Positions 28,723-37,480 of a DNA stretch of 64,000 nt are shown in pieces. Origin of the DNA: Deltaproteobacteria bacterium (GTDB lineage Bacteria; Myxococcota_A; Polyangia; Polyangiales; Houyiibacteriaceae); the NCBI GenBank assembly GCA_034670305.1, contig JAXMNT010000003.1:209764-273763 (forward strand), written 5' to 3'. Under the pieces are notes generated by a model. It worked only from the letters and a program-made list of their open reading frames with translations. It made no database searches and had not been told where the DNA came from. How positions within the stretch are numbered: the stretch's first letter is position 1; the number at the start of each line of letters is the position of its first letter. A program made the translations under genes and the position numbers.

Positions 28723-30447
28723 TCAGTCGGCGGGGCGCGGAACCGGCTGCATGGCGTCGAACCCAAAGGCCCGGATGTGGTTCACGTGCTGTCCCCGACA
28801 GGTGGTCTCGTAGCGGCAGTCCGAACAGCGCAGGCTCTTCACGAAGTAGTGCTCGTCGACGTAGCGGCGGATGTAGCGGAACGGCTCGAGGGTGCCGTCG
28901 GGCGTGGTCATCGCGGTGTCGTGGGTGGAGGGCTTCGGGCGTGGCTCCCGCCCGAGCACACAGGCAGGCACCCCTTCCACCGGCGTGTCCGCGAACGGGT
29001 GCTCGGTGAAGAACGCGACCAGATCGAGGTCGTTGCTGCGCGCTTCGGTGAGCCGCTCCCAGGTGGGCTGAAAGAGCGCCAGCCGCGCTGGCACCGTCTC
29101 GAGCCGGCGGAGCCAGTCCTCGTTGTCTCTCGAGAGCTGCAGACAGACCTCGAAGGTGCCGAACCCGAGTAGCGTCTCGGCGTCTTCGAAGCCGCGCACC
29201 CGGCAGGCGGTCAGCGTCTCGAGCGAACCCGCCTCGAGCGCCGCTTCGACCCCGCTCCAATCGTCGAGTTCGAGCACCAGCTCGGGAAGATCGAAGGGCT
29301 CGACGGCGGCGAGCGCAGCGGACAAATCGGGCGCGACCACGTGAAGCACTCGGCTGCCGCGTGCGGCGACCCCCGTGGGCGGTGCGTACTGGAGCGCGAC
29401 CATCGGCAGGCGCTTCTTGCGGCGCCCGTCACTCGCCGGGTCGCCACCGAACTGCGGCCCCATCGCGGCTTCGGCGCGCGTGTCGATGCGGATGACCTCC
29501 GGCGTGTCTTCGAGCATCGCGCGCTGGCTCTCTTCGAACGTGTCGCAGACGTTCTTCAAGTAGCAGTAGCCGCAACGGCGCGGCTCGCGGCAGTCCAGCG
29601 GCTCGCCGGTCTTGACCCAGTGCTCGAACTCCTGGCGGCGTCCGCGCACTTCGTCGTGAAGCTTGTAGGGATCCTGGATGAGCTCGTGAAACCCCTCGCA
29701 GTGCGCGACGGGGAACCGGTTGAGCCAGATGTGCATGTTGGGCTTCTTGGCCCAGCGGAACGCAGCGACCAGGTGCTCGCGGTTCTTCTCGAGGTCGTAG
29801 AAGAGGACCTCCTTGCCGTCCTTCCACGCGTTGCCGAATGGAATCACGTGGAGGAGATCGAACTCGCGCACGCCGAGGCCGACGAACTTCTCGATCATCG
29901 CGTCGAGGTGCTTCACGTTGCCGCGGTTCACGCACACATCGATGTTGATGATCGGGCGCCCGTCTTCGAGCGCGTTCATCAGGCCGGTCATCTCTTCGTC
30001 GAACGCGCCTTTCACGCCGACGAGCGCGTCGTGCACTTTCGCGTTCGGCCCGTGGATCGAGAACGTGATCTCTTGCAGACCCGCGTCGAGACACGCCTTC
30101 AGGAACTCCGGGTACTTGAACATGCGACCGTTGGTGACGGTCTGGACCTTTTCGTAGCCGGCCAGCCGGCCGAGCTTGATGAAGTCCACGTAGCGCGGAT
30201 GAATGGTGGGTTCGCCGCCCGACAGGATCAGGCGCTGGGCGCCCTTGCGCCGGCCATCGAGGATCTGCTGCTTGACCTCTTCGGGCTCGCGCATGCGTCC
30301 GTCGTGCGCGTCGGTGTCGAGGCAGAAGATGCAGTGATCGTTGCAATCAAACGTGAGGCGGACCCAGTTCCGTTTCTGGTGGGCCGCCTCTTCATGCTGT
30401 TCGACGAAGCTTCCTCCGTCCGTCAGCGCACGCTGCTCTTCGAGCAC
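28723..30447 (-). CDS. Radical SAM protein, HxsC-like, with extended C-terminus
   Basis: CNDHCIFC, SGGEPTIHP, TVTNGRMF, SIHG...HD and two Cys-rich CxxC-x5-C segments. GTG start preceded by TACAGT-N6. Confidence 0.9.
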   Translation of the reverse strand: MLEEQRALTDGGSFVEQHEEAAHQKRNWVRLTFDCNDHCIFCLDTDAHDGRMREPEEVKQQILDGRRKGAQRLILSGGEPTIHPRYVDFIKLGRLAGYEKVQTVTNGRMFKYPEFLKACLDAGLQEITFSIHGPNAKVHDALVGVKGAFDEEMTGLMNALEDGRPIINIDVCVNRGNVKHLDAMIEKFVGLGVREFDLLHVIPFGNAWKDGKEVLFYDLEKNREHLVAAFRWAKKPNMHIWLNRFPVAHCEGFHELIQDPYKLHDEVRGRRQEFEHWVKTGEPLDCREPRRCGYCYLKNVCDTFEESQRAMLEDTPEVIRIDTRAEAAMGPQFGGDPASDGRRKKRLPMVALQYAPPTGVAARGSRVLHVVAPDLSAALAAVEPFDLPELVLELDDWSGVEAALEAGSLETLTACRVRGFEDAETLLGFGTFEVCLQLSRDNEDWLRRLETVPARLALFQPTWERLTEARSNDLDLVAFFTEHPFADTPVEGVPACVLGREPRPKPSTHDTAMTTPDGTLEPFRYIRRYVDEHYFVKSLRCSDCRYETTCRGQHVNHIRAFGFDAMQPVPRPAD

Positions 30448-30524
30448 GGGCGCACTGTACTCGATCCCCGCCCAGACACCCGAGAGTTGTTGACGGCCGG
30501 TTCTGTGGATGGCCCGATCCCGCC

Positions 30525-31361
30525 ATGGGAATCGTCCCCAACCCGGATGGCCACCCGGCCCGTCCAGCGCTCTTCGCGCTCGCATTGTGCGTGTTCGGCG
30601 GCTTGGGGACGGCCCACGCCCACGCACAGCCCCAGACCCCAGGCCGGTACACCCTCCGGCCCATCACGGTGGGAGAGGGCGCGGTTCGGTTCAACGGCCA
30701 GTTCTCCGTGACCCGATTCGAAACACTCCCCGGCGAGTACGACATCCGCGTGCACAGCGCGTTGGGGGTGGCCTACGGCATCGACGACGACTTCGAGGTC
30801 GGCGCGAGTTCTCAGCCGATCATGGCCTTCGGCGGTGGCGACCTGGTGGGGGTCGAGCTCTCGCCCGATCCAGACATCTCCAACACTTACCTCTATGGCC
30901 GGTATCGGTTTCTCCACCAAGAAGCGATCGAGATGGCGGGAGAGGTCGGGATCTCGGTTCCTTGGCGCGGGGTGTTCGGGTTCGTCCTGGGTCTGCCAAT
31001 TCGGCTCCGGGGCGGCCAGTGGTTCGCCCTGGACACGGGCGCGGCATTCACAGTGCGGTTCGGGGATCCCACCACACCAGGCGCCATCTTTCCCTTCCGC
31101 CCGAGGGTGAGTGCCGGGAACTTCTACTTTGGCCTCGACACCGGCGTGTACATGGACGAACTCCGAGTCGACCACATGATCATCCCGTTGGAAGCGGAGC
31201 TCGGCGTCGCGTTCCCAAACCGCACCATCGTCTGGGACCTGTACGTTCATGGCGGATTGCCGCTGTTTCTCAGACCCAGCCGGCCCACGCCGATCGAGGA
31301 GCAAGTCTTCCTCATCTACTTCGGCTTTCGCCTCTACGTAGACACGCGAAGCACGCGCTGA
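30525..31361 (+). CDS. Exported protein, probable outer-membrane beta-barrel
   Basis: Signal peptide ending AHAHA-Q, alternating amphipathic strands, and terminal YFGFRLYV. Confidence 0.65.
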   Translation: MGIVPNPDGHPARPALFALALCVFGGLGTAHAHAQPQTPGRYTLRPITVGEGAVRFNGQFSVTRFETLPGEYDIRVHSALGVAYGIDDDFEVGASSQPIMAFGGGDLVGVELSPDPDISNTYLYGRYRFLHQEAIEMAGEVGISVPWRGVFGFVLGLPIRLRGGQWFALDTGAAFTVRFGDPTTPGAIFPFRPRVSAGNFYFGLDTGVYMDELRVDHMIIPLEAELGVAFPNRTIVWDLYVHGGLPLFLRPSRPTPIEEQVFLIYFGFRLYVDTRSTR

Positions 31362-31408
31362 CCAAGACGGGGCAGCGGCGAACCGCCTGGGGCGGTATGC
31401 TGCGCGCG

Positions 31409-33736
31409 ATGCCTACGACCCCGCCCCAACCGACGACCCGCGTGCTCGTCGTTCATCCGCCGATGTCGGTGGCGCGGGACTTCATCGACTACCCGTACGT
31501 GAGCAACCTCGGCGCCGCGCAAGTCGCCGCGGCGTTGGCTTCGAAACCCACCCTCGATGTCCAGTACGTCGATTCGTTTGCCCTGCCGGGTTCCACCTTC
31601 GCCTGGTTCGACGACACGAGTCCTGCGTTGGCCGGGCGCGCCTTCGCCGGCGCCACCAACGACGAGGTGCTCGCTCGGTGCCGGCCCGCGGACGTCGCGG
31701 TCGTGGCGCTCACGCCCTTCCATCGGCCCGGCGTGGTCGACGCCAACCTGCGCGACCTGATCGAGGGTCTCCCAGCCGACCGCGTGATCCTCGTCGACGC
31801 CTACCAGTCCGGTCAGCACCACGTCGACGCCGATACGGTCCTCACCGACTACCCGGCGGCGCACGCCTGGCTCCGGTACGAAGCCGAGCGCGATCTCGAA
31901 GCGTTGATCGTCGGCGGAGAAGCCGGCGTGCACTTCGGCGGCCGCCCGGACATCGACGCCCTGCCCTTTCCGGCGTGGGATCAGATCGACCTCGAGGCCT
32001 ACTGGCGCTTTCAGTCGCGCTTCGTGCATGGGCTCGGCCGTGGCAGCTGGGCGTTCCCCATCGGCCGCAGGACGTTGCCGATGGTCACCTCGCGTGGCTG
32101 TCCGTTCACCTGCACCCACTGCAGCAGCAACCCGGACGTCGCCTCGGGCGGCGGACCAAAGATCCAGCGCCGCCTCTCGGAAGCGCGGCTGCGTGCGCAC
32201 CTGCAGTACCTGGCGGGGCTCGGCGCCGACACCGTCTATGTGCTCGACGAACTCATCAACGTTCGGCGCGATCACTTCGACGTGTTCCTCGATGAGATCG
32301 AGAAGCTCGACCTGAAGTTCGAGGTCCCGAACGGGTTCCGCGCGGACTACCTCGAGCCGCGTCACTTCGCGCGCATGCGCGGCCGCGTGACCACCGTCAG
32401 CGTGAGCGCCGAGAGCGGCAGCCAGCGGGTGCTCGACGAGGTCGTGAAGAAGAAACTCGAGCTCTCGGCCATCACCCGCGCCGCCGCCAACGCCGAGAAG
32501 GCCGGGCTGCCGCTCCTCATCCACTACATGATCGGGCTGCCCGGCGAGACCGCGGCCGAGGTCAACGAGACCTTGGCGTTCGCGCTTCATCTCTGGGACG
32601 AACACCGCGCGTGGCCGGCCGTGCAGTTCGCGACGCCCCTGCCGGGCACCGAGATCGCGCGGCAGCTGACCGCGAGCGCCGGTTCGCTTCCAGTCGTCGA
32701 CGACTGGGGCCCGCGCTTTCAGGGCGGCCCATCGGCGAGCCCGGACACCGTGGACGCGGCCACCCTCGAGCAGTTCATGGCGACCTTCCGGCACCGGCTG
32801 CGCGAGAGCCAGGGCCCGAAGAAGCTGATCATGAACGTGACGTACGTGTGCAACAACCACTGCACGTTCTGTGCGGTCGGCACCCGCACCCAGGTCGATG
32901 GACACCCGACGCGGCAACGCGAGATCCTCGACACCTACCGCAAACACGGCATCACCCTGGTCGACTTCGACGGGGGGGAACCCACCCTCAACCCGGAGCT
33001 CATCCCGCTGATCCGCTACGCGCGCCGGATCGGATTCGAGCGCATCAACGTGACCACGAACGGCCGACTGTGCGCGTACGAGGACTTCGCGAAGAAACTC
33101 GTCGAGAGCGGCCTGACGACCTTGCTCTTCAGCGTGCACGGTCCGGACCTTCGGTCGCACGCCCGCGAGGTCGGAGTGGCGGAAGCGTTCGGCCAGACCA
33201 TGAGCGGGATCGATCACTGCGTCGCGCACAGGCCGGACAACGTCGAGCTCGGCATGAACGTCACGCTGACCAAGACCAACTACATGCGGCTCGAGGACCT
33301 GGCGCAGCTGGCGTTCGACCGCGGGCTGCCATGGCTCAACATCCAGTTCCTCACGCCGTTCGGTCGCGCAACGACCGAGGTCGCGCCGGACACCGAACAT
33401 GCGGCGGAGATCACCCGCGGCGTCATCGACCGCTGGAAAGACCGCATCAAGATCCAGGTCATCAACCTCCCCTGGTGTTTCATGCCCGGCTACGAGTCCT
33501 ACCTCGCCGGCGACGCGGCCAAACTCGCGCGGCACATGGTCTTCGTGAACAACGAGCGGGTGAACCTCGCCGAGTACCTGGCGGCGCGCCGCGTGCGGAA
33601 ACCCGTGTGCGAGACCTGTCCGCACGCGTGTTTCTGCGGAGGCTTCTACGAGCTCGAGGACGTGCCGGAGCCGGAGTGGCTCGTGTCGGCCGAGTCGCTT
33701 CTCAAACGCACCGATCCCGACGTACGTCTCCGCTGA
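31409..33736 (+). CDS. Double radical SAM fusion: cobalamin-binding (class B-like) rSAM plus HxsC-like rSAM
   Basis: Domain 1: VLVVHPP..NLGAAQVAA, TSRGCPFTCTHC, ESGSQRVL, YMIGLPGET, TPLPGT. Domain 2: CNNHCTFC, GGEPTL, TTNG, SVHG, CETC.....CGG. Confidence 0.9.
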   Translation: MPTTPPQPTTRVLVVHPPMSVARDFIDYPYVSNLGAAQVAAALASKPTLDVQYVDSFALPGSTFAWFDDTSPALAGRAFAGATNDEVLARCRPADVAVVALTPFHRPGVVDANLRDLIEGLPADRVILVDAYQSGQHHVDADTVLTDYPAAHAWLRYEAERDLEALIVGGEAGVHFGGRPDIDALPFPAWDQIDLEAYWRFQSRFVHGLGRGSWAFPIGRRTLPMVTSRGCPFTCTHCSSNPDVASGGGPKIQRRLSEARLRAHLQYLAGLGADTVYVLDELINVRRDHFDVFLDEIEKLDLKFEVPNGFRADYLEPRHFARMRGRVTTVSVSAESGSQRVLDEVVKKKLELSAITRAAANAEKAGLPLLIHYMIGLPGETAAEVNETLAFALHLWDEHRAWPAVQFATPLPGTEIARQLTASAGSLPVVDDWGPRFQGGPSASPDTVDAATLEQFMATFRHRLRESQGPKKLIMNVTYVCNNHCTFCAVGTRTQVDGHPTRQREILDTYRKHGITLVDFDGGEPTLNPELIPLIRYARRIGFERINVTTNGRLCAYEDFAKKLVESGLTTLLFSVHGPDLRSHAREVGVAEAFGQTMSGIDHCVAHRPDNVELGMNVTLTKTNYMRLEDLAQLAFDRGLPWLNIQFLTPFGRATTEVAPDTEHAAEITRGVIDRWKDRIKIQVINLPWCFMPGYESYLAGDAAKLARHMVFVNNERVNLAEYLAARRVRKPVCETCPHACFCGGFYELEDVPEPEWLVSAESLLKRTDPDVRLR

Positions 33737-33745
33737 GATGCTGAG

Positions 33746-34708
33746 ATGACCGCGTCGACACGGCCCGGAGCCGACGCCTCCGACCTCGCGTTGCTCGACG
33801 TCGTGCTCGACTACGACTGCAACCTCGGGTGCCGCTACTGCACGTTGACCGCCGAGATGCGTCGGCGCGGGCTCCGGACCGACACGGTGCGGCGGGCGAT
33901 GCGGGCCGCCCGGCGCGATGGGTTTCAGGCCATCTCCTTCACCGGGGGCGAGCCCACCATCCGCCCCGATCTGCTGCCCCTGATCCGCGAAGCGCGCGCG
34001 CTCGGATACACATCGATCAAAGTGCAGACGAACGGACTGGTGTTCGCGGAACGGAAGAACCTCGAGCGGCTGCTCGCCGCGGGCACCACCGAGATCCACC
34101 TCTCGATCCACACCCACCTCGCCGAGGCCTACGACGATCTGGTCCGGCGCGAGGGTGCCTACGAGCGGATGAAGCAGGCCGCGGCCAACCTCGCGGGCGT
34201 GTCGGATCGGGCGACGGTGTTCTCGGATCTGGTCGTGCTCCGCAGCACGCTGCCAGTGCTCGCCGACGCGGTGGACTGGTGCGCGGACCTCGGCTTCACC
34301 GCCGGACACCTCTGGTACTACTCGGCGACCGACGAACAGGCCGGGCGGACCGACCAGATGCCGAGCTTCGAAGAGGCGATGCCGTCGATCCTCGCAGCGC
34401 TGGAACGGGCGGAGGACCGCGGCTTCGATCTTCGGTCGCTGCACATCCCCCATTGCCTGCTGGGTCGCTTCGCCGACCAGGGCACGGACCCCACCGCGCG
34501 CACGGTTCGGGTCGCCACACCGGACGCGGTGTTCGACCTCGCCGACAGTCCGCTCACCCCCAACGCGCGCATCCCCGCGTGCGTCGACTGTCCCCGCGCG
34601 ACACGCTGCCGCGGCGTGCGGCGCGACTACCTCGCACAGTACGGCGACGCGGAGATGGCCCACGCGCGCGGCCAAGCGCGTACCCTCTTGCCGGTGGTGC
34701 CCGGCTGA
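33746..34708 (+). CDS. Radical SAM protein, HxsC-like
   Basis: CNLGCRYC, FTGGEPT, QTNG, SIH, IPHC and CVDC.....CRG...YL..YG..E. Confidence 0.9.
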   Translation: MTASTRPGADASDLALLDVVLDYDCNLGCRYCTLTAEMRRRGLRTDTVRRAMRAARRDGFQAISFTGGEPTIRPDLLPLIREARALGYTSIKVQTNGLVFAERKNLERLLAAGTTEIHLSIHTHLAEAYDDLVRREGAYERMKQAAANLAGVSDRATVFSDLVVLRSTLPVLADAVDWCADLGFTAGHLWYYSATDEQAGRTDQMPSFEEAMPSILAALERAEDRGFDLRSLHIPHCLLGRFADQGTDPTARTVRVATPDAVFDLADSPLTPNARIPACVDCPRATRCRGVRRDYLAQYGDAEMAHARGQARTLLPVVPG

Positions 34709-34756
34709 GCCGCCTCGTCCGCCACCAGGACCCCAACCCCAGAGGAGATCTGATCC

Positions 34757-34933
34757 ATGCCCAAGTGTCAGGGATGCGGCGAAGACGTCGAGGAGCTCGA
34801 AGCCCGCAAAGTGGCCGGCAAACGCAAGAAGCTGTGTGAAGACTGCGTGGAGCTGGCCGAAGAACAGGCGGAGATCGCCGAGATGAGCGAAAACGCGATG
34901 CGGGACATGATGGAGTACAAGGGCAAGTACTGA
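34757..34933 (+). CDS. 58-aa Zn-ribbon-like small protein (absent from the ORF track)
   Basis: MPKCQGCGEDVEELEARKVAGKRKKLCEDCVELAEEQAEIAEMSENAMRDMMEYKGKY; AGGAG RBS upstream; host-like codon usage. Confidence 0.8.
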   Translation: MPKCQGCGEDVEELEARKVAGKRKKLCEDCVELAEEQAEIAEMSENAMRDMMEYKGKY

Positions 34934-34993
34934 CGCGGGCGCATCTCCGCGTCCCCTCTTGGGGGGTGTGTCCGGGTAGGTTATCCTGTGCGC

Positions 34994-36580
34994 GTGAGCG
35001 ACCCATTCCTCAGCACGCGGTCGCCCCTCGGTCCAGCCTGGACCCTCTGCGCGGTGATGCTGGCCGTGCTGGTGCCCACCACTGGATGCGCCAAGGGATC
35101 CGGGACCGGGTTCGACGTGAGCGTCGACCTCCGGACCGATCTGGTGCCGGGCGTCGAGTTCACCGCGGTGCAGGTCCGGCTGGAAGGCGAGACCACCACC
35201 CTCGAACCGGCGCACCCCGAACGCGACTACCTCGAAGGGGTCCGCGTCGCCGAGTTCGAGGGCGTCTCCGGCGGCGCGATCGAGCTGATCGTCGACGTCT
35301 CGAACGGATCCGGCGTGGTGGTGTCGCGGCGCGTCGCGGTGACCGTGCAGAACGACACCGCCGTGACCGTCGTCATCACCCGGGACTGCCGGGGCGTCGA
35401 GTGCCCGGGCGACGGCAGCACGAGCAACACCGCGTGCCTGGGCGGCGAGTGTGTGGATCCCTCGTGCACGCCCGAGACGCCCGAGTTGTGCCCGACCGCG
35501 GATTGCACCGTCGCCGCCGACTGCGACGCGCCGATGCAGGCGTGTTTGGAAGCGAACTGCATCGTCGGCCGATGTCTCTACGCGGACCGCGGCAGCTGCG
35601 GCGACGGCCGGTACTGCGACGAGCGCTCCGGCTGCGTGGACGTCGGCGTCGACGCCGGACCGATCGACGGCGGCGGCATGGATGCTGGAACCGACGCGGG
35701 TCCGTGCGGTTCGATCATGTGCGAGGGGTTCTCCATCTGCGATCCCTTCATCGGCGGGTGCGTGAGTCTGCGCGGCTGCATCGGGCCCGACGAGTGCGAC
35801 AGCGGCGACATCTGCCGGAACTCGTACTGCGTGCCGGAGGACTACGACGTCGATGGCGACGGAGTGCCCGCCTCCGAAGACTGCGACGAACGAGACGCCG
35901 CCATTTCGCCCGACGCGACCGAGGTGTGCAACCTCGTCGACGACGACTGCGACATGATGGCGGACGAAGGCAACATCGGCGATCTGTGCGCGAGCGCGCC
36001 GGGCGGCGGCGAGTGCATGGACGGTGTGTGCGGCTGTCCTCCAGACCGGTTCGACGTCGATGGCGTGTCGAGCACCGGTTGCGAGTGCATGGCGTCGCCC
36101 GTCTCGACCGCCGGTCTGACGTGCGCGGAAGCGATCGACCTCGGCTCGGTCTCCGACGTCGGCGAAATGACCATGGCGATGGCGAACGTCTTACCGGCCG
36201 ACCGCGAAGTGTGGTTCCGCATCCTCGCGACCGACGCCGCGGACACCGCCTGCGACAACTTCCACGCCCGCATCCAGTTCCTCGAGAACCCGGACGACCG
36301 CTTCGAGTTCACGGTCTTCCGCGGCGGGTGCGGCGCCGCGACCTGTGCGGACATGGGCTACACGGACTTCAGCTGGGCCACCGACTTCCGCGCGACCATC
36401 GACGCGACTGAGACGGGGCAGTGTCCGTGCCTGTCGACCGCACGCGCACCCGACGGGGTGGCGACGTGTTCGGACGACTCGTCGGTGCTGCTGGTGCGGG
36501 TGCGCCGCCGGGCGGCGGGTCCGATGCCAAGCTGCGACGGTTTCGTCCTGGAGCTGAGCAACGGGGTCTACGACACCTGA
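34994..36580 (+). CDS. Cys-rich lipoprotein with MopE-like motif
   Basis: Hydrophobic signal ending TTGC, DVDGDG...DCDE......P.A.EVCN.VDDDCD, and many Cys. GTG preceded by TATCCT-N6. Confidence 0.8.
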   Translation: MSDPFLSTRSPLGPAWTLCAVMLAVLVPTTGCAKGSGTGFDVSVDLRTDLVPGVEFTAVQVRLEGETTTLEPAHPERDYLEGVRVAEFEGVSGGAIELIVDVSNGSGVVVSRRVAVTVQNDTAVTVVITRDCRGVECPGDGSTSNTACLGGECVDPSCTPETPELCPTADCTVAADCDAPMQACLEANCIVGRCLYADRGSCGDGRYCDERSGCVDVGVDAGPIDGGGMDAGTDAGPCGSIMCEGFSICDPFIGGCVSLRGCIGPDECDSGDICRNSYCVPEDYDVDGDGVPASEDCDERDAAISPDATEVCNLVDDDCDMMADEGNIGDLCASAPGGGECMDGVCGCPPDRFDVDGVSSTGCECMASPVSTAGLTCAEAIDLGSVSDVGEMTMAMANVLPADREVWFRILATDAADTACDNFHARIQFLENPDDRFEFTVFRGGCGAATCADMGYTDFSWATDFRATIDATETGQCPCLSTARAPDGVATCSDDSSVLLVRVRRRAAGPMPSCDGFVLELSNGVYDT

Positions 36581-36594
36581 CCTTGGTGCGCGCC

Positions 36595-37200
36595 ATGATC
36601 GTCACTCTGCATGCCAGCCGAGCCGCGCCCCACAACTGGGTCGCCGGAGCGGACACCTTCGACGCCGCCTGGGCCGAGATCCACGCAGCGAAGCGGTGCA
36701 CCGCGTCCGTGCGGGGTTCGGCGGACGTTGCCCCGGCGACACGCGTCCTCACCCTGGTCGAACGTTCGAACATGCGGGAGTTGCTCGCCCTCGCCGAACA
36801 GCTTCCGGCCGGCGCCGAGTGGTGCCTGCAGCTTCGGAGGGACGGCACCCGCAGCCCGCGGCTCGCGATGGCCGCGCCTCGGATCTTGCGGGCGGCCACC
36901 GCGGCTCAGAAGCGCGGTCTGCGGGTCGCCGTGCGCGCCGTGCCGCTCTGCCTGCTCGGGCCCTACACCGACCTGGCGCTGCCGGCGGTCCCCGTCGAAG
37001 CCGGGGGTCCCTGTGCCGAATGCCGCGCGCGTCTGCAGTGTGCCGCGCCCCATCCCGCGTATCTGACCCGGTTCGGGCCGTCCGAAGTCAGGGCCCGCGG
37101 GCCGGTCGAACTCGACGTCGCGCAACTCGAGCGCTTCGCTTGGGTGTTCGAGGACATGAACCCAGGGCCGGACAGTGCTATCTTGGGTCGCGATGGGTGA
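36595..37200 (+). CDS. Radical-SAM-like paralogue lacking the N-terminal CxxxCxxC region
   Basis: TLHASRAAPHN..AG..TFD resembles SIHG...HD. It also has SNMREL, VPLCLL and CAEC.....C......YL.RFG.SE, as in the neighbouring rSAM C-termini. Confidence 0.6.
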   Translation: MIVTLHASRAAPHNWVAGADTFDAAWAEIHAAKRCTASVRGSADVAPATRVLTLVERSNMRELLALAEQLPAGAEWCLQLRRDGTRSPRLAMAAPRILRAATAAQKRGLRVAVRAVPLCLLGPYTDLALPAVPVEAGGPCAECRARLQCAAPHPAYLTRFGPSEVRARGPVELDVAQLERFAWVFEDMNPGPDSAILGRDG

Positions 37201-37477
37201 CCACGACGATTGGGGCGACGACTTCGAAGAGGAGCTGCCTGCGTTCGCCAAGGACGCAGAAGGCGCACTCAACGGAGAACAACGCGATGTCTCGCGGCGC
37301 GCACTCGAGACCGCGGACGACGCGGTCGCCGGCGCGGACCAGCACGGCGCACAGCACTGCAGCCACGGCAGCCACGGCTCCCATGGCTCTCACGGCAGCC
37401 ATGGTTCTCACGGAAGTCATGGAAGCCACGGCTCGCACGGAAGCCACGGCAGCCACGGCAGCCACGGTTCCTGGTAG
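37193..37477 (+). CDS. His-Xaa-Ser repeat peptide, putative RiPP precursor (94 aa, acidic leader plus HC(SHG)12SW)
   Basis: 12 SHG units at 37361-37468 encoded by mixed synonymous codons. Lies 3 nt upstream of an rSAM gene, with TGcTATCTT 8 nt before the ATG. Confidence 0.88.
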   Translation: MGDHDDWGDDFEEELPAFAKDAEGALNGEQRDVSRRALETADDAVAGADQHGAQHCSHGSHGSHGSHGSHGSHGSHGSHGSHGSHGSHGSHGSW

Positions 37478-37480
37478 CGC

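Noticed and set aside
31334-35215. Very long antisense or alternative-frame ORFs (also 12078-14966, 26315-28699, 48275-51022, 53946-57020, 61073-63499)
   Set aside because: These are shadow ORFs typical of high-GC DNA. They overlap well-supported genes or repeats and have no motifs.
37361-37468. SHG tract as a mere 9-bp microsatellite
   Set aside because: Variation is confined to synonymous codons, including AGY/TCN switches for Ser, which implies selection on the peptide.
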